Below are positions 28,587 to 38,708 of a DNA stretch of 64,000 nt, in pieces. The DNA is from Candidatus Latescibacterota bacterium (GTDB lineage: Bacteria > Latescibacterota > UBA2968 > GCA-2709665): contig OZ242358.1 in the NCBI GenBank assembly GCA_965208835.1, forward strand, positions 3,552,001-3,616,000, given 5' to 3'. How positions within the stretch are numbered: position 1 is the first letter of the stretch; each line of letters starts with the position of its first letter. The notes under the pieces were generated by a model that made no database searches, had not been told where the DNA came from, and saw nothing but the letters and a program-made list of their open reading frames with translations. Made by a program: the position numbers and the translations under genes.

Positions 28587-30560
28587 TCATTCCAACAGCA
28601 TCCGAATCCGGCGCCGGGCCTCGGATGAAACCTGCGGATCGCCGCGCCATTGCTTCAGAAATGCTTCGTAGGCCGTGACCGCATTCCCTGACTTGCCCTG
28701 GGTTTGAAGCACCGTACCCAGGTTAAAAAACGCTTTCGTGTCTCCCAACGCCGCTGACCTTCGATATGCCTGTGCCGCCTCATCCGGCCTGCCCGACTTC
28801 TCCAAAGCAACGCCGAGATTGAAGTGGGCTTCCCTATCCTCCGGCAGCAGAATCGCTGCCTGCCTGAATCCTTCGACCGCTGCCGCCGGTTCGCCGGCCC
28901 GCATGGCAGTCACGGCCAGATTCTTCCACGCTTCCGCATATCGCGGATCCAGGTCTACGGCTTTTCGATACGCCGCGAGCGCCTGTTCAAAAGTCCCCTT
29001 CACGCCGTACGCGTTGCCCATATTGTTATAGGTCATGGCTTCTTCCCGTATGGACAGCGCCCGTTGAAAAGCAAGAATCGCCTGGTCCATCCGTCCCCGC
29101 TCGGCATGCACCTGCCCGACCGCCTGGTGCATCTTCGCACTCTCAGGATATGCGCTGGCAGCACTGGAAAACAGGCTGAGATCATCTCTCCAATCTTTGT
29201 TTCGCACCACCGTGCGCGCGGCGTACCCCAGGCATACAAGGCCCATCGCGACAACCAGGGTGAACCCGAACCTCCTGAACAACCGCTCTGCGCCAATCCC
29301 CGCAAGCGCGAACACGCCGAGCGCAGGAATATACAGAAACCGCTCCTGAACCATTGAGTTCAGCAGTACCACGGTCTGCGACACGCCCATATAGGGCACC
29401 CAAAAAAGCGCTCCACAAAAAAACAGCCGTGGCCATCTGATCAGCGATCGCACCCACAACCCCAGTCCCGCTACCGCCAGTGCCAGGCCCGCGATTACAC
29501 CGGGCTCCAGCAGGGAAGCCGCAACCGGAATCGCATTGTACGAGTAATCCACGGAAAGCCGCCACGGTAAGACCAGGAGCGAAAAGTAGTGCCAGAAGAT
29601 TCTCCCGGCTGTGAGGATACGCGTCTCAAGCGAAGTGCCATAGAGTGGATTCACCAGCTCCGTCATCCCACCGGGTGCGAAGCCCAGTCCTGCTGCGGCG
29701 TCTCGCACGAACAGACAGATCCCGAATACGCCAGCAAAGCCCAGCCACCACGGCCATCTTGCCCGGCAGACATCCAGAATGCATCGGAGAAAATCCCTCC
29801 CCTCAAGTTCGCCCGCCGACCAGGCCAGACGCACTGTCGACGGTCCTCGCCGCCCTTTCCGTCCATCACCCTTGACGGATAAAATCCGGTTTCCTGGATC
29901 CGTCATCCCCGCCGCGAGGTCATATACGACGACCAGGCCCACCAATGCAAGCGCGCTCTCCTTGCTGAGTAATCCACAGAAGAAAGCAATAAGCGCGAGC
30001 ACATAGGCCGCTCGGGGACGCGAACGTTGCGTGTAAAACAGCATTCCAGTCAGCAGAAATGCGCCGGCGAGCAGGTCGGACCGGCCAAAGGTCACACCCG
30101 CCGCCACTTCCGAATGGATCGGATGCACCGCAAACAGCAAGCCCGCAAAAACCGCCGCAAAACGACTCATGCCCGTACGCCTGCACAGCATCCACGCCAG
30201 CAGGCTGCAACACACGTGAAGCAGCACGTTGGTTAGATGAAATCGAAACGGACGAATGCCTCCCAACGCGTCCAGCAGAAACGTAAGCACCGTTAGGGGC
30301 CGGTATTGACCTGTATCGTTTCCAGGATAGCCCGCCCAGTAGTGGGTTGTGAAAACGCTTCGAAAATCCAGCCGCTCCACGATCCAGCTTCGAACGATCA
30401 GAAACTGGTCGTCGTAAACCAACCCGTTTACCAGCGCGTTGGCATAAACCACAAACGCCGTGACGCCCACCAGAACGGGCCAAGCCCACGTGTGCTTTAC
30501 GTCCGCGCCGGAGGCCGTAATCGTGGGCGCCTGACGCTTCCGGGATTTACGTTTCGCCAT
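28587..30560 (-). CDS. TMTC-like protein (GT-C/DUF1736 + TPR), putative protein O-mannosyltransferase
   Basis: LVYDD, YRPLT, NVLLH, LFAVHPIHSE, GRSDLL, SKE, LSVDYS, ERFLYIP, RNKDW then TPRs; start trimmed to MAKRKS. Confidence 0.88.
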   Translation of the reverse strand: MAKRKSRKRQAPTITASGADVKHTWAWPVLVGVTAFVVYANALVNGLVYDDQFLIVRSWIVERLDFRSVFTTHYWAGYPGNDTGQYRPLTVLTFLLDALGGIRPFRFHLTNVLLHVCCSLLAWMLCRRTGMSRFAAVFAGLLFAVHPIHSEVAAGVTFGRSDLLAGAFLLTGMLFYTQRSRPRAAYVLALIAFFCGLLSKESALALVGLVVVYDLAAGMTDPGNRILSVKGDGRKGRRGPSTVRLAWSAGELEGRDFLRCILDVCRARWPWWLGFAGVFGICLFVRDAAAGLGFAPGGMTELVNPLYGTSLETRILTAGRIFWHYFSLLVLPWRLSVDYSYNAIPVAASLLEPGVIAGLALAVAGLGLWVRSLIRWPRLFFCGALFWVPYMGVSQTVVLLNSMVQERFLYIPALGVFALAGIGAERLFRRFGFTLVVAMGLVCLGYAARTVVRNKDWRDDLSLFSSAASAYPESAKMHQAVGQVHAERGRMDQAILAFQRALSIREEAMTYNNMGNAYGVKGTFEQALAAYRKAVDLDPRYAEAWKNLAVTAMRAGEPAAAVEGFRQAAILLPEDREAHFNLGVALEKSGRPDEAAQAYRRSAALGDTKAFFNLGTVLQTQGKSGNAVTAYEAFLKQWRGDPQVSSEARRRIRMLLE

Positions 30561-30589
30561 GTCTGCGTTTTCAAATACCCCCGTGGGCC

Positions 30590-30615
30590 GGGCAACCACA
30601 AGGGGCGCCCCTACA
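30590..30615. repeat. Single GTAG-type REP
   Basis: GGGCAACCACAAGGGGCGCCCCTACA, near-identical to 24805-24830. Confidence 0.75.
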
Positions 30616-30723
30616 ACGTCAGGAAGCATTTCCGGGAGTTAACGAGAAGCTATGAGATTGCATAGATGAGGTGTCAGGGTATAGATGGCTGTTGGGTTGG
30701 TTCTCCATAGCATCAAGCAATAT

Positions 30724-30772
30724 CAATAAAGAACGGGCGGCGTCCAGGCTCAGAGTCCCGGTCGCCGCCCGT
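30724..30772 (-). terminator. Rho-independent terminator closing the TBDR-PorV operon
   Basis: 10-bp stem ACGGGCGGCG/CGCCGCCCGT followed on the minus strand by TCTTTATTG. Confidence 0.6.
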
Positions 30773-30843
30773 CGGTTCATACGCCGACAAAGCGCCGGAC
30801 TATATCAGATTTGATTCGGATCCAACGCTTTGACTGGCCGCCG

Positions 30844-31836
30844 TTAGAACGTGCCGCCGACAGAAACGCGGATCGGCGGATCGAACATAACGACGCCGTC
30901 GTTCTTCTGCAGGAGCGACACCGCCACGTCAGCCGTGATCGTGCGACCCCCGAAGGTCTGCTTCAGCCCTGCGCCGACGGCAATGCTCTCAAGGTCGTAA
31001 TTCCACTTCCAGCCTGCGCGCAATGCCAACGCGTTCTGCAGCCACAACTCGGCGCCGAAGTGCCAGCGTTGCTCGAAGTCTACGAAGAACGCGCTTTCCA
31101 CGGAGGCGGTGAGGTAGGACGGATCGCCCTTTTCACCGTAAACTTCCGCCGCGACGCCGATATTGTAGACGAGCGGCAACAGGTACGCGCGGTCGCCCGA
31201 CTTGCGGTCCGGACCGAAGTTCCTGAACGCCATCGCGATGCGAAGGCTGCGAAAGCCCGTGTAGAAGAAACTGCCCACGTCCACCGTAAAGCCGGTGGTC
31301 TTTACCGTGTAGAGTTTTTCCTGGACGTAGTTCGCCTTGGCGCTGAACGAGAACTTGTCGGTGAACTTGATCGCATACAGCAGACCGACGGAGATATTAT
31401 GTACAACCACGTCCTGCCCGGTTCCGTTGGGCTGATAGATCGTGGTCTCCTTGGAGGGCTTCGGGTTGTGGGACACGACTGAAATGCCCAGCACCTCGCC
31501 CCTGGCCGAACGCGTGTTCCACACGGCTGCAGCCGAGTAAAGCTGCGTGTCGAGAAGGAATCTCGTCCAGTTCAACTGATAGGCCACGCGCTCCACGTGT
31601 ACCAACCCGGAGCCGTTCCAGAAGATCGCGTTGATATCGTCCGCTACCGCGGTAAACGCGTCGCCCATCGCCACGGCGCGGGCGCCCTGGCCGATCTTCA
31701 GGAACTGCATCCCGGAGATATTGACTTTCTTGACACCATACTCACCGGTCACCCCGCCCCACTTCACGGCCAAAGCCGGTGAAGCGGCAAGCAGCAGGGC
31801 CAAGACCGACGCAATGATTAGCATGCTTCTTTTCAC
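30844..31836 (-). CDS. PorV/PorQ family outer-membrane barrel (FadL-like)
   Basis: Signal peptide, QFLKIGQGARAVAMGDAFTAVADDINAIFWN signature, terminal Phe. Confidence 0.9.
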   Translation of the reverse strand: MKRSMLIIASVLALLLAASPALAVKWGGVTGEYGVKKVNISGMQFLKIGQGARAVAMGDAFTAVADDINAIFWNGSGLVHVERVAYQLNWTRFLLDTQLYSAAAVWNTRSARGEVLGISVVSHNPKPSKETTIYQPNGTGQDVVVHNISVGLLYAIKFTDKFSFSAKANYVQEKLYTVKTTGFTVDVGSFFYTGFRSLRIAMAFRNFGPDRKSGDRAYLLPLVYNIGVAAEVYGEKGDPSYLTASVESAFFVDFEQRWHFGAELWLQNALALRAGWKWNYDLESIAVGAGLKQTFGGRTITADVAVSLLQKNDGVVMFDPPIRVSVGGTF

Positions 31837-31861
31837 GTCATTTCCTCCTTGTTTGAGCCCG

Positions 31862-34333
31862 CTACTTGATCAGCACGAAGCTGCCTTTTCGGGTCTCTCC
31901 GCCGGATACGACGACGAAATAGTACAAACCGGTCTGCACCTCGCCGGCGATATTGAACGTGATCTGACGAAACTCGGTCTCACCCTTGGTAAGCGGGGTC
32001 CGGTCCGTAGTTTCCACGCGGTCGCCGGAGGCCGAGTAAATGTGAATGATCGCGTCCGAAGTCAGGCCCACGATGCGAAGGTTGCGGGAGTTGGGATACT
32101 GGTGTACACCGTCCACGTAATACGGATTCGGCACGATGAGCACCTCTTCCGGGAGGCCGGACAACAAGGCCTGGAACGGCTTGCGATTGTCGCCGTCATA
32201 CGTTCTGGCGGTCGACGGACCCCAGCCGCTCTCATATCCTCTTCGGATGTTGTTCTGCACGCGTTCGCTGGGGATGTCGTCGATGGTCATCCCGCTGTTC
32301 CACGTGTAGGAATCCACGCCTCTGGCATACGGGCGGGCGGAGTAGAAGTAGGAAAAGCCGGCCGTGGTCTCCAGGTCTTCGTATTCATAGACGCCGTCGG
32401 CGTTGATACCCCATTCGCCCCGGGGCAATCCAGCCGGACTGACCGAAGACCCGCTCGAACCGTTCTCGATGATCCCGTAGAGCTCCCACGGGCCCCAAGA
32501 GAACCACTCGGATTTGTACAGGCGGACGCCGAGTACATCCTGTTCGCCCGTGTACGGGTTGACCGCGGACTCGGACTCTCTGCCCCACCGGATCAACTGC
32601 TTGGCTTTGGTGGAAGACGTGAGATTGTCCGCCGAAATATAAGCCTCGGTGGGCGAGGCCGGCACCTGGTAGTTGTTGTCATACACCCAGTGGGCCAACT
32701 TCAGATTCTCCAGGGCGGCCTTCTCGCCGGCGGTCTTTACCTTCTGAATCTTGGCCTCAGGCGTCTCAGGTCCCCGGTCCCACTTGATGAGTCCGATGTC
32801 CTGCTCATTGGCGGGAATCGGCTCCAGAAGCGACGGGTGGCCCGCTCCCCAGGAAAACACGAGCTTGACAGACTCACCCGCGCCCACGCTGTACGGCCCG
32901 TAGACCGTCATGTCGTGGAATACCTTGCGGCTGGCAATGTCGCCCTCATCGGGATTGGCCTGATAGCCCGTGGCCGTAATCACGCCGGCCAACTGCGCGG
33001 CGTCGTGCGTGGTATACGTGGGGTCGTCGAAGTCGCCGGTTGAACGCGCATGCCACCACTGGAACGAACGGGGCTGCATGTCTTCGCCGGGTTGCACGTA
33101 TTTCCCGCGGTCGGCTTCGTTGAACGAGAACTTACCCGCGTCGTCGGCATAGGCAAGCGGCGCCATAAAGTAAGTGCTCGGCGCTCTCGGCTGTCCTTCC
33201 GTCTGAAGAATATTGTAGTTGGAAGGCACGATCGCTTTGAAGAACGGATCGCCGGTATCGTCGTGCGAGGAGAACGGGTTGTCGGAGTCCCTGCGGATGA
33301 CCGCGCGCATGTCCTCGCCCACGAACGCGCCGTTCGCCGAGAATGCGTTCGGATAGCCGTCGGACTCCGTATACCACATCGTGTCATCCATGCCGCGGGC
33401 ATTTGACGCGTAGAAGTTCCAACCGAACTCCTCGAGAATGCCCATGGCCGTCATCGCAGCCACGTTCTTGAACGCGATGTAGAGGTTGTTGATTGGACCC
33501 GGCGCTTCACCCACGCCGTCGCCATCGAAGTCGCCGATGTTGGTGAAGGTAAGGTCCACGATGTAGAAGTCATCGAAGTCCGGGTTGGACCAACTGTAAA
33601 CGCGCCGCTGCATCCGCAACCCGTTCTGTTTGTCGATCCACTGGGCGATGATGGTCTCTTCCGGGATGGTTACGTCCACCAGGTTGTGTGCGCCGAGATT
33701 GAAGTTGGCGATGTGGGCCGGCGGAGTCGATATAGGGTCCCAGTTGGCGCCGTAGAGACTGCCATCGTCGTCGGCCGTCACTCCCGGCCAGTAATTGGCC
33801 AAGGCGCCTCCGGCACCCTGTTCGCCAGGAGAAATCGCACTGTTCGGCATCTCGGCAAGCTGCTCCAACGGATTGGGCTGCCCCCAGTTCTCCTCGGGAT
33901 TGCCCACCGGATCGTATGGGAAGGCCTGGTTGTGTTCCACGATCTGCAGGTTCTCTCGGGGTCCCGTCACCGTGACCGTGCCGCGGTCGGCGTTCAGGAT
34001 CCAGATGCCCTCGCCACCCGAGACCTTGTAGTCGTTGTACATCTGCGACTTCTGGTTGGACGTGAACTGGGAGAGCACGGCGCCGAACGAACCCGGGCCG
34101 TTGCCGTTCCAGGGATAGGCGTTGCGCCTGTAGCCGCGCCCCCACTCCTGGTTGCCGCCCATACCGCCGATGTTGTTGTAACTGTTGGATATCAGCGACC
34201 GCAGGTTATACCTGCTGGATATGTTGTCGGGAGTGGCCTGCGCATCGGCCGGAACCGGCTGAAATACAACCGCAGCCAGCGCAAGGCAGCTGATGCCAAC
34301 CAACCCCTTGGTGATGAAATTCAATCGTTTCAT
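31862..34333 (-). CDS. Large secreted protein with Fn3-like domain and T9SS-like C-terminal sorting domain
   Basis: Signal peptide (ADA-Q), DFDGDG loop, Fn3-like W...RLYKS...YED....GFSYFYS, C-terminal VLIVPNPY...IYSASGDRV...TGLYYFVV...KGSFVLIK. Confidence 0.8.
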   Translation of the reverse strand: MKRLNFITKGLVGISCLALAAVVFQPVPADAQATPDNISSRYNLRSLISNSYNNIGGMGGNQEWGRGYRRNAYPWNGNGPGSFGAVLSQFTSNQKSQMYNDYKVSGGEGIWILNADRGTVTVTGPRENLQIVEHNQAFPYDPVGNPEENWGQPNPLEQLAEMPNSAISPGEQGAGGALANYWPGVTADDDGSLYGANWDPISTPPAHIANFNLGAHNLVDVTIPEETIIAQWIDKQNGLRMQRRVYSWSNPDFDDFYIVDLTFTNIGDFDGDGVGEAPGPINNLYIAFKNVAAMTAMGILEEFGWNFYASNARGMDDTMWYTESDGYPNAFSANGAFVGEDMRAVIRRDSDNPFSSHDDTGDPFFKAIVPSNYNILQTEGQPRAPSTYFMAPLAYADDAGKFSFNEADRGKYVQPGEDMQPRSFQWWHARSTGDFDDPTYTTHDAAQLAGVITATGYQANPDEGDIASRKVFHDMTVYGPYSVGAGESVKLVFSWGAGHPSLLEPIPANEQDIGLIKWDRGPETPEAKIQKVKTAGEKAALENLKLAHWVYDNNYQVPASPTEAYISADNLTSSTKAKQLIRWGRESESAVNPYTGEQDVLGVRLYKSEWFSWGPWELYGIIENGSSGSSVSPAGLPRGEWGINADGVYEYEDLETTAGFSYFYSARPYARGVDSYTWNSGMTIDDIPSERVQNNIRRGYESGWGPSTARTYDGDNRKPFQALLSGLPEEVLIVPNPYYVDGVHQYPNSRNLRIVGLTSDAIIHIYSASGDRVETTDRTPLTKGETEFRQITFNIAGEVQTGLYYFVVVSGGETRKGSFVLIK

Positions 34334-34417
34334 ATCCTTCTCTGCCTCCATTCGAAAGCATTACGGAGCAGACGCTCCGGAAGCGAGCGAAGCCGCCGCT
34401 TCCGGAGCACCACTACC

Positions 34418-37400
34418 TTACCAGTTAACGCGCAGCCCGAACTGGGCGAGACGCGGCGAATGCGCGTAAGTACGATCCCGGCTGTCGCCGTAATTCAAGT
34501 AATTCTTGTCGTCCGGTGTGGGTCCGTCCAGTCCGATATACGTCCAGAGGTTCCTGTTCGACGGGCTGGTCCGGTCCTTCTGGTTGAAGACGTTCCGGAT
34601 GTCGGCGAAGAGTGTGGGCTGCACCCGACCGGTCACGTTAAAGGTTTTCTCGATGGCCAGGTCGGTCCGCGAATCCAGTGCGAGGTCGCGGTAGTACCGG
34701 TTTCCGCCTTCTGGCGGGGCGTAGTTGAAGATGCCGCCCGTCTGGATGCGGGAGGTAACGTTCAGCCGGAAATTCTTGAGCAGGGTCCCGACAAAGGCGT
34801 GACCGAATTCGAAATCATCCGGGAACGACGCCAGAAGCGAGAAGCTTCCGAAGTTACGTCGGTCGCCGCTCTTGGGGCGGAAGAACAATGTGGTGTAGCT
34901 GCCCGTGTTGATCTTGACCGAGCAGTTCGGACCGCAGTTCCCCAGGGCGGGGTTGTCGACCGGCCGGAGGCCGTCCCACACGCCTGTCCCCAACTGACCG
35001 CCTTTGGCCCGCGATCCATCGTGGTAGCTCTGGCCCTGCTGCGCGAACTTGACCAGGTCGTCGCCGGTCAGCCGGCGAGGCGCCTCGCTGCCGTCCGGAA
35101 GCGCGTCCCAGTAAATCCAGAAATTCGGGACGGTGATACCGCGGTCGGTAAAGGCGTTGGTGGTGGCCAGATGTACAGTCGTAGCCGAGTCCAGGTACAC
35201 GTTCCGGATCACGTTACCCAGCTTGCCCGTGGTGATCTGCGACCACTGGTAATTGTACGAAACGTTGAAGGAGAAGTTGTGCGAAAAGGACTTGCGGATG
35301 GACATTTCGACGCCGCGGGTATCGCCGTAAGCGCCATTGTCCAGGGTCCTCGAATAAGGAATCCAGAAGTCCCTCGGCCCGACCCACGTCTCGTTGGGAT
35401 ACGACGTGTAGTGGTCAACCTCACTCTTGTAATACGCGGTCAACGTGGCCGTGTAGTCGCTCACGAAGTTCCAGTCGGCGCCCACCTCGAAGGCCGTTGT
35501 CTTGGCGGGTTGCAGGAGGTGCAGCCCGTTCTGGCCTGAGTAGGTGGTGCGGAAGTTGTTCAACCGCTCCGTGGCGTCGATCCGGCCGTTCTCGTTCACG
35601 TCACGGTCGCCGGCGTCGCCGGAGGTCCAGTAGTCCTCACCGAAGTAATACCAGAGATCCGCCCACTGCAGGAACACGCCCGTGGAGAACCGCATCTGCG
35701 ATCGCTCCGTGATCGGATGCGAGACGCCGATCCGGGGGCTGAACTTCACGTGCCAGGGCGCATCCGTGACCCACAGGGAGCCTTCCTGGTACGCCCAATC
35801 GCGCGCGCGGGTATAATAGCGGAACATGGAACTTCCGCGGTACGCGCCGAAGGTCAACTGGCGGGAGTTCGGGTTGAACGTATCCAGGCGGACGCCCAGG
35901 TTCACGATCATCCCCTGGAACTCCATTTTATCCTGGACGTAGGCGTTCAGGAAGAAGGGCTTCACCTTCTCGCCCATCTGGCCTTCGTTGGCGATTATCC
36001 GCATGTTACGGGCGGCCGGTGTGGAGTCGTACCTGAGAATCATCGTGAGGGCGCTGGTCTGGTACTCGACCCCGGCCTTCATGAAGTTTCCTTTGGTGAT
36101 CTGCGACGACAGATCGACCTTCGCGCCGATGCGCTGGCGGTCGTGCTGCCCATATCGGGCGGCCTGCCGTCCGATGCTGAACCACCCTGCCTGGTCCCGG
36201 AAAATTTCTCCGGTTACGTCGTGGGTCCCGCTGACCGTGTCCATTCTGGACCGGGAGTGCGAAATCCTGACTTCGTAGAACGTGCGAGGGGACAGTGTGT
36301 GCGTAAGCACAGCGTATTGCAGTTCTTCGCTGAGCTCATGCAGGCCGGCCGCCGACCACTTCTCGGGCAGGAACAGGTCGCGCCCCGTGCCGCGCCTCAT
36401 CGCGCCGCCGCCGCTGCCATGGCGTCCGCCGAAGAGGTCAGGATTGCCGTTCGAATACCAGTCCCATCCCAGATACATTCCACCGACTTTAAACTTGAGA
36501 TTGGCGGTGGGCTTGATCGTAATACTTCCGGAAACGTTGATGTTGCCCGGATCGTCCTGGAAACGGCCGCGGTCATCGTAGAAACCGACGCGCTCGGCCC
36601 GCGGCGTGACTGCCGCGTACCTGCCGTGCTTGGCCGTGGCCACGAACGACGCTCTCTCTCCGATCGGACCGGACAGATTGCCTTCAACGCCGTAGCCCAC
36701 CCATTCCGTATAATTCGTCCTGACGTGAATCAGCTCGCCGGCGAGGTCCTCGAAAATGGGATGGTTTATCTTTCCGGAGAGATCCGGATATTTTTCGTTG
36801 GCCCAGACGGGGTTGTCCCACATCACCTTGTCCTGGTGCTGCGGGGAGTCGTAGACGTTCTCGCCCCAGTGCTTCTTGCCGGCGGGCTCGTAGCGGAACT
36901 CGCCCCAACCATTTACCTCGCCGCCGCCTTCCTTGGTAATGATCTGAACCACGCCGCCCTGCGCATTGCCGTATTCGGCGGGGGTTACGCCCGTAAGCAC
37001 GGACAATTCCTGGATGGCGCCACGGTTCACTGTGCGGTAGTTGCCGCCCCGGCCGCGACCGTCGTTGTGGTTCATCCGTACGCCGTCCACAACATAGGCC
37101 ACGTCGTTGCCGTACCAGACACGGTCTACGTATCCGCCGCGAATCCGGTTGGACCCGTCTACCGCAACGCCCGGCTGCAACTGCAACAGCTCGGACGTAC
37201 GGCGGGCCGCCGCGAGATTACGCTCAGTCTCTTCGAGCGTAACGGTATACTTGCTGGTGGTTTTGTCCGGCTCCACGAGGGGTCGGCCGGCCGTTACCAC
37301 CAACTCGCCCAGTTCGAGGGCGGTTTCTTTAAGGTTGTAATTAATGGTGGTCGTGTGGTCTGTACTCACCTCCACGCCCGTCTGAGATACGGTTTCGTAT

Positions 37401-37651
37401 CCGATAAGAGACGCTGAAAGGGTATAGACACCGGGCGAGATGTTGATGATGACGTAATACCCGTCGGCATCGGCCGTGGAACCCAGATTGAGTTCCTTGA
37501 TCACGACGTTCGCGCCGGGCAGGACTTCCCCGGCCTGATCGCGGACCACGCCGTTGATCTTGCCTGTGACGCCGGCCTGCAGGTCGCCGGCGACGAGACT
37601 GACGGCAGCGACCGCGACTGCGATTCCGAAAAACAGAAGCTTACGCTTCAT
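34418..37651 (-). CDS. TonB-dependent receptor with N-terminal carboxypeptidase-regulatory-like domain (1077 aa)
   Basis: GKINGVVRD..LPGANV, plug LQPGV...IRGG...YVVDG...AEYGNAQGGVVQIITK, SPRIGVSHPI, terminal Trp. Confidence 0.92.
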   Translation of the reverse strand: MKRKLLFFGIAVAVAAVSLVAGDLQAGVTGKINGVVRDQAGEVLPGANVVIKELNLGSTADADGYYVIINISPGVYTLSASLIGYETVSQTGVEVSTDHTTTINYNLKETALELGELVVTAGRPLVEPDKTTSKYTVTLEETERNLAAARRTSELLQLQPGVAVDGSNRIRGGYVDRVWYGNDVAYVVDGVRMNHNDGRGRGGNYRTVNRGAIQELSVLTGVTPAEYGNAQGGVVQIITKEGGGEVNGWGEFRYEPAGKKHWGENVYDSPQHQDKVMWDNPVWANEKYPDLSGKINHPIFEDLAGELIHVRTNYTEWVGYGVEGNLSGPIGERASFVATAKHGRYAAVTPRAERVGFYDDRGRFQDDPGNINVSGSITIKPTANLKFKVGGMYLGWDWYSNGNPDLFGGRHGSGGGAMRRGTGRDLFLPEKWSAAGLHELSEELQYAVLTHTLSPRTFYEVRISHSRSRMDTVSGTHDVTGEIFRDQAGWFSIGRQAARYGQHDRQRIGAKVDLSSQITKGNFMKAGVEYQTSALTMILRYDSTPAARNMRIIANEGQMGEKVKPFFLNAYVQDKMEFQGMIVNLGVRLDTFNPNSRQLTFGAYRGSSMFRYYTRARDWAYQEGSLWVTDAPWHVKFSPRIGVSHPITERSQMRFSTGVFLQWADLWYYFGEDYWTSGDAGDRDVNENGRIDATERLNNFRTTYSGQNGLHLLQPAKTTAFEVGADWNFVSDYTATLTAYYKSEVDHYTSYPNETWVGPRDFWIPYSRTLDNGAYGDTRGVEMSIRKSFSHNFSFNVSYNYQWSQITTGKLGNVIRNVYLDSATTVHLATTNAFTDRGITVPNFWIYWDALPDGSEAPRRLTGDDLVKFAQQGQSYHDGSRAKGGQLGTGVWDGLRPVDNPALGNCGPNCSVKINTGSYTTLFFRPKSGDRRNFGSFSLLASFPDDFEFGHAFVGTLLKNFRLNVTSRIQTGGIFNYAPPEGGNRYYRDLALDSRTDLAIEKTFNVTGRVQPTLFADIRNVFNQKDRTSPSNRNLWTYIGLDGPTPDDKNYLNYGDSRDRTYAHSPRLAQFGLRVNW

Positions 37652-37694
37652 TGTGAAACCTCCTTCGTTGGGTTGTTACCCCGGCTGCGTTGAA

Positions 37695-38414
37695 TTAACG
37701 CCAGAAGTAAAACTTCATTTGCACGCCGACGTCGACCAAATGCATGGGGCGCACCTTCTCCAGCCCGTAGAAGAGCATATTGCGCAATTCGCCCACAACG
37801 AAGTTGTAGCGCGCGCGCAGGTCGACGGCCAGGTTCTGGGTGACGAAACCCTCGACACCGACGCCGGCGTTGGCGCCGATGGTGTATCGCTGATCAACCT
37901 GGTCTTCCATGACAAAGTCCAGATCAATGGGGTCGTTCGTCTGGCGTGAATAAACCAGGTTGCTGTTGATCGCGTAATAGCGATAAAGACCGCCTCCAAC
38001 CAGGAGATAATACCGGTAATCTCTGGCCTTGAACCCGTGGGTGGCGTTCTCTTCGCCGACGAAAAGCAGGCCGTTCACGATGAGGTTGTTCCACGTGATT
38101 TCGGACCGGCCGTTCGGGTGCGGGTATTCCTGCTGGTCGATCGGGTATTCCCAGAGATCGGATGCCGGTTTCCCGTTGGTGAACTTCGAGTAATTGTACT
38201 CGACTTCAATAACGGTACGCTGGCTGGCGACATAGCTTAACGTGGCTCCGTATTTGCCAGTGGCGTCCCAGCGCTCCCCGAGCCGATGCATCGGGATATT
38301 GTAATCGGCGATCCCGCCAACCGCCCATCTGCCTTCCTGGGCCTCTGCGCTGTTCGAAAGACCCACTGCGGCCAGCGCAAAAACAGCCAGAAGAGCAATA
38401 CGCACAACTTTCAT
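37695..38414 (-). CDS. Small outer-membrane beta-barrel protein
   Basis: Signal peptide (AEA-Q), YLLVGGGLY, GANAGVGVE, VDLRARY, terminal KFYFWR. Confidence 0.8.
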   Translation of the reverse strand: MKVVRIALLAVFALAAVGLSNSAEAQEGRWAVGGIADYNIPMHRLGERWDATGKYGATLSYVASQRTVIEVEYNYSKFTNGKPASDLWEYPIDQQEYPHPNGRSEITWNNLIVNGLLFVGEENATHGFKARDYRYYLLVGGGLYRYYAINSNLVYSRQTNDPIDLDFVMEDQVDQRYTIGANAGVGVEGFVTQNLAVDLRARYNFVVGELRNMLFYGLEKVRPMHLVDVGVQMKFYFWR

Positions 38415-38708
38415 CTACTCACCTCCCCATATGAGAGTGAATGATGCGGAAACTCCCCTCCGCCCATCACTTCGTCCCACGAACGGAATTTGCGAAGCAG
38501 ACTCCTCTCTTCTCGATACACGGCCTCCTTTCTTCCCGGGCTCCACATTAACAAAAAGGGGCACAATCCTGAACATAAAAACATCATGCGATTACGCCCC
38601 GCCGTTCGCCAAAACTGGCCTGTAGTGTAAATAATACATATGAAGAACCGATGACACCTGATGATTTAATTCTGGCACACTTCCCCTGTTTTTTTAATGA
38701 TTCCATAA

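Noticed and set aside
30561-30629. N-terminal extension VGAPLVVAR of the TMTC-like ORF
   Set aside because: It is the translation of a REP; the MAKRKS start is more plausible.
31631-37417. Plus-strand ORFs of 470, 617 and 566 aa
   Set aside because: Antisense to the CTD protein and TBDR genes; no recognisable domains.
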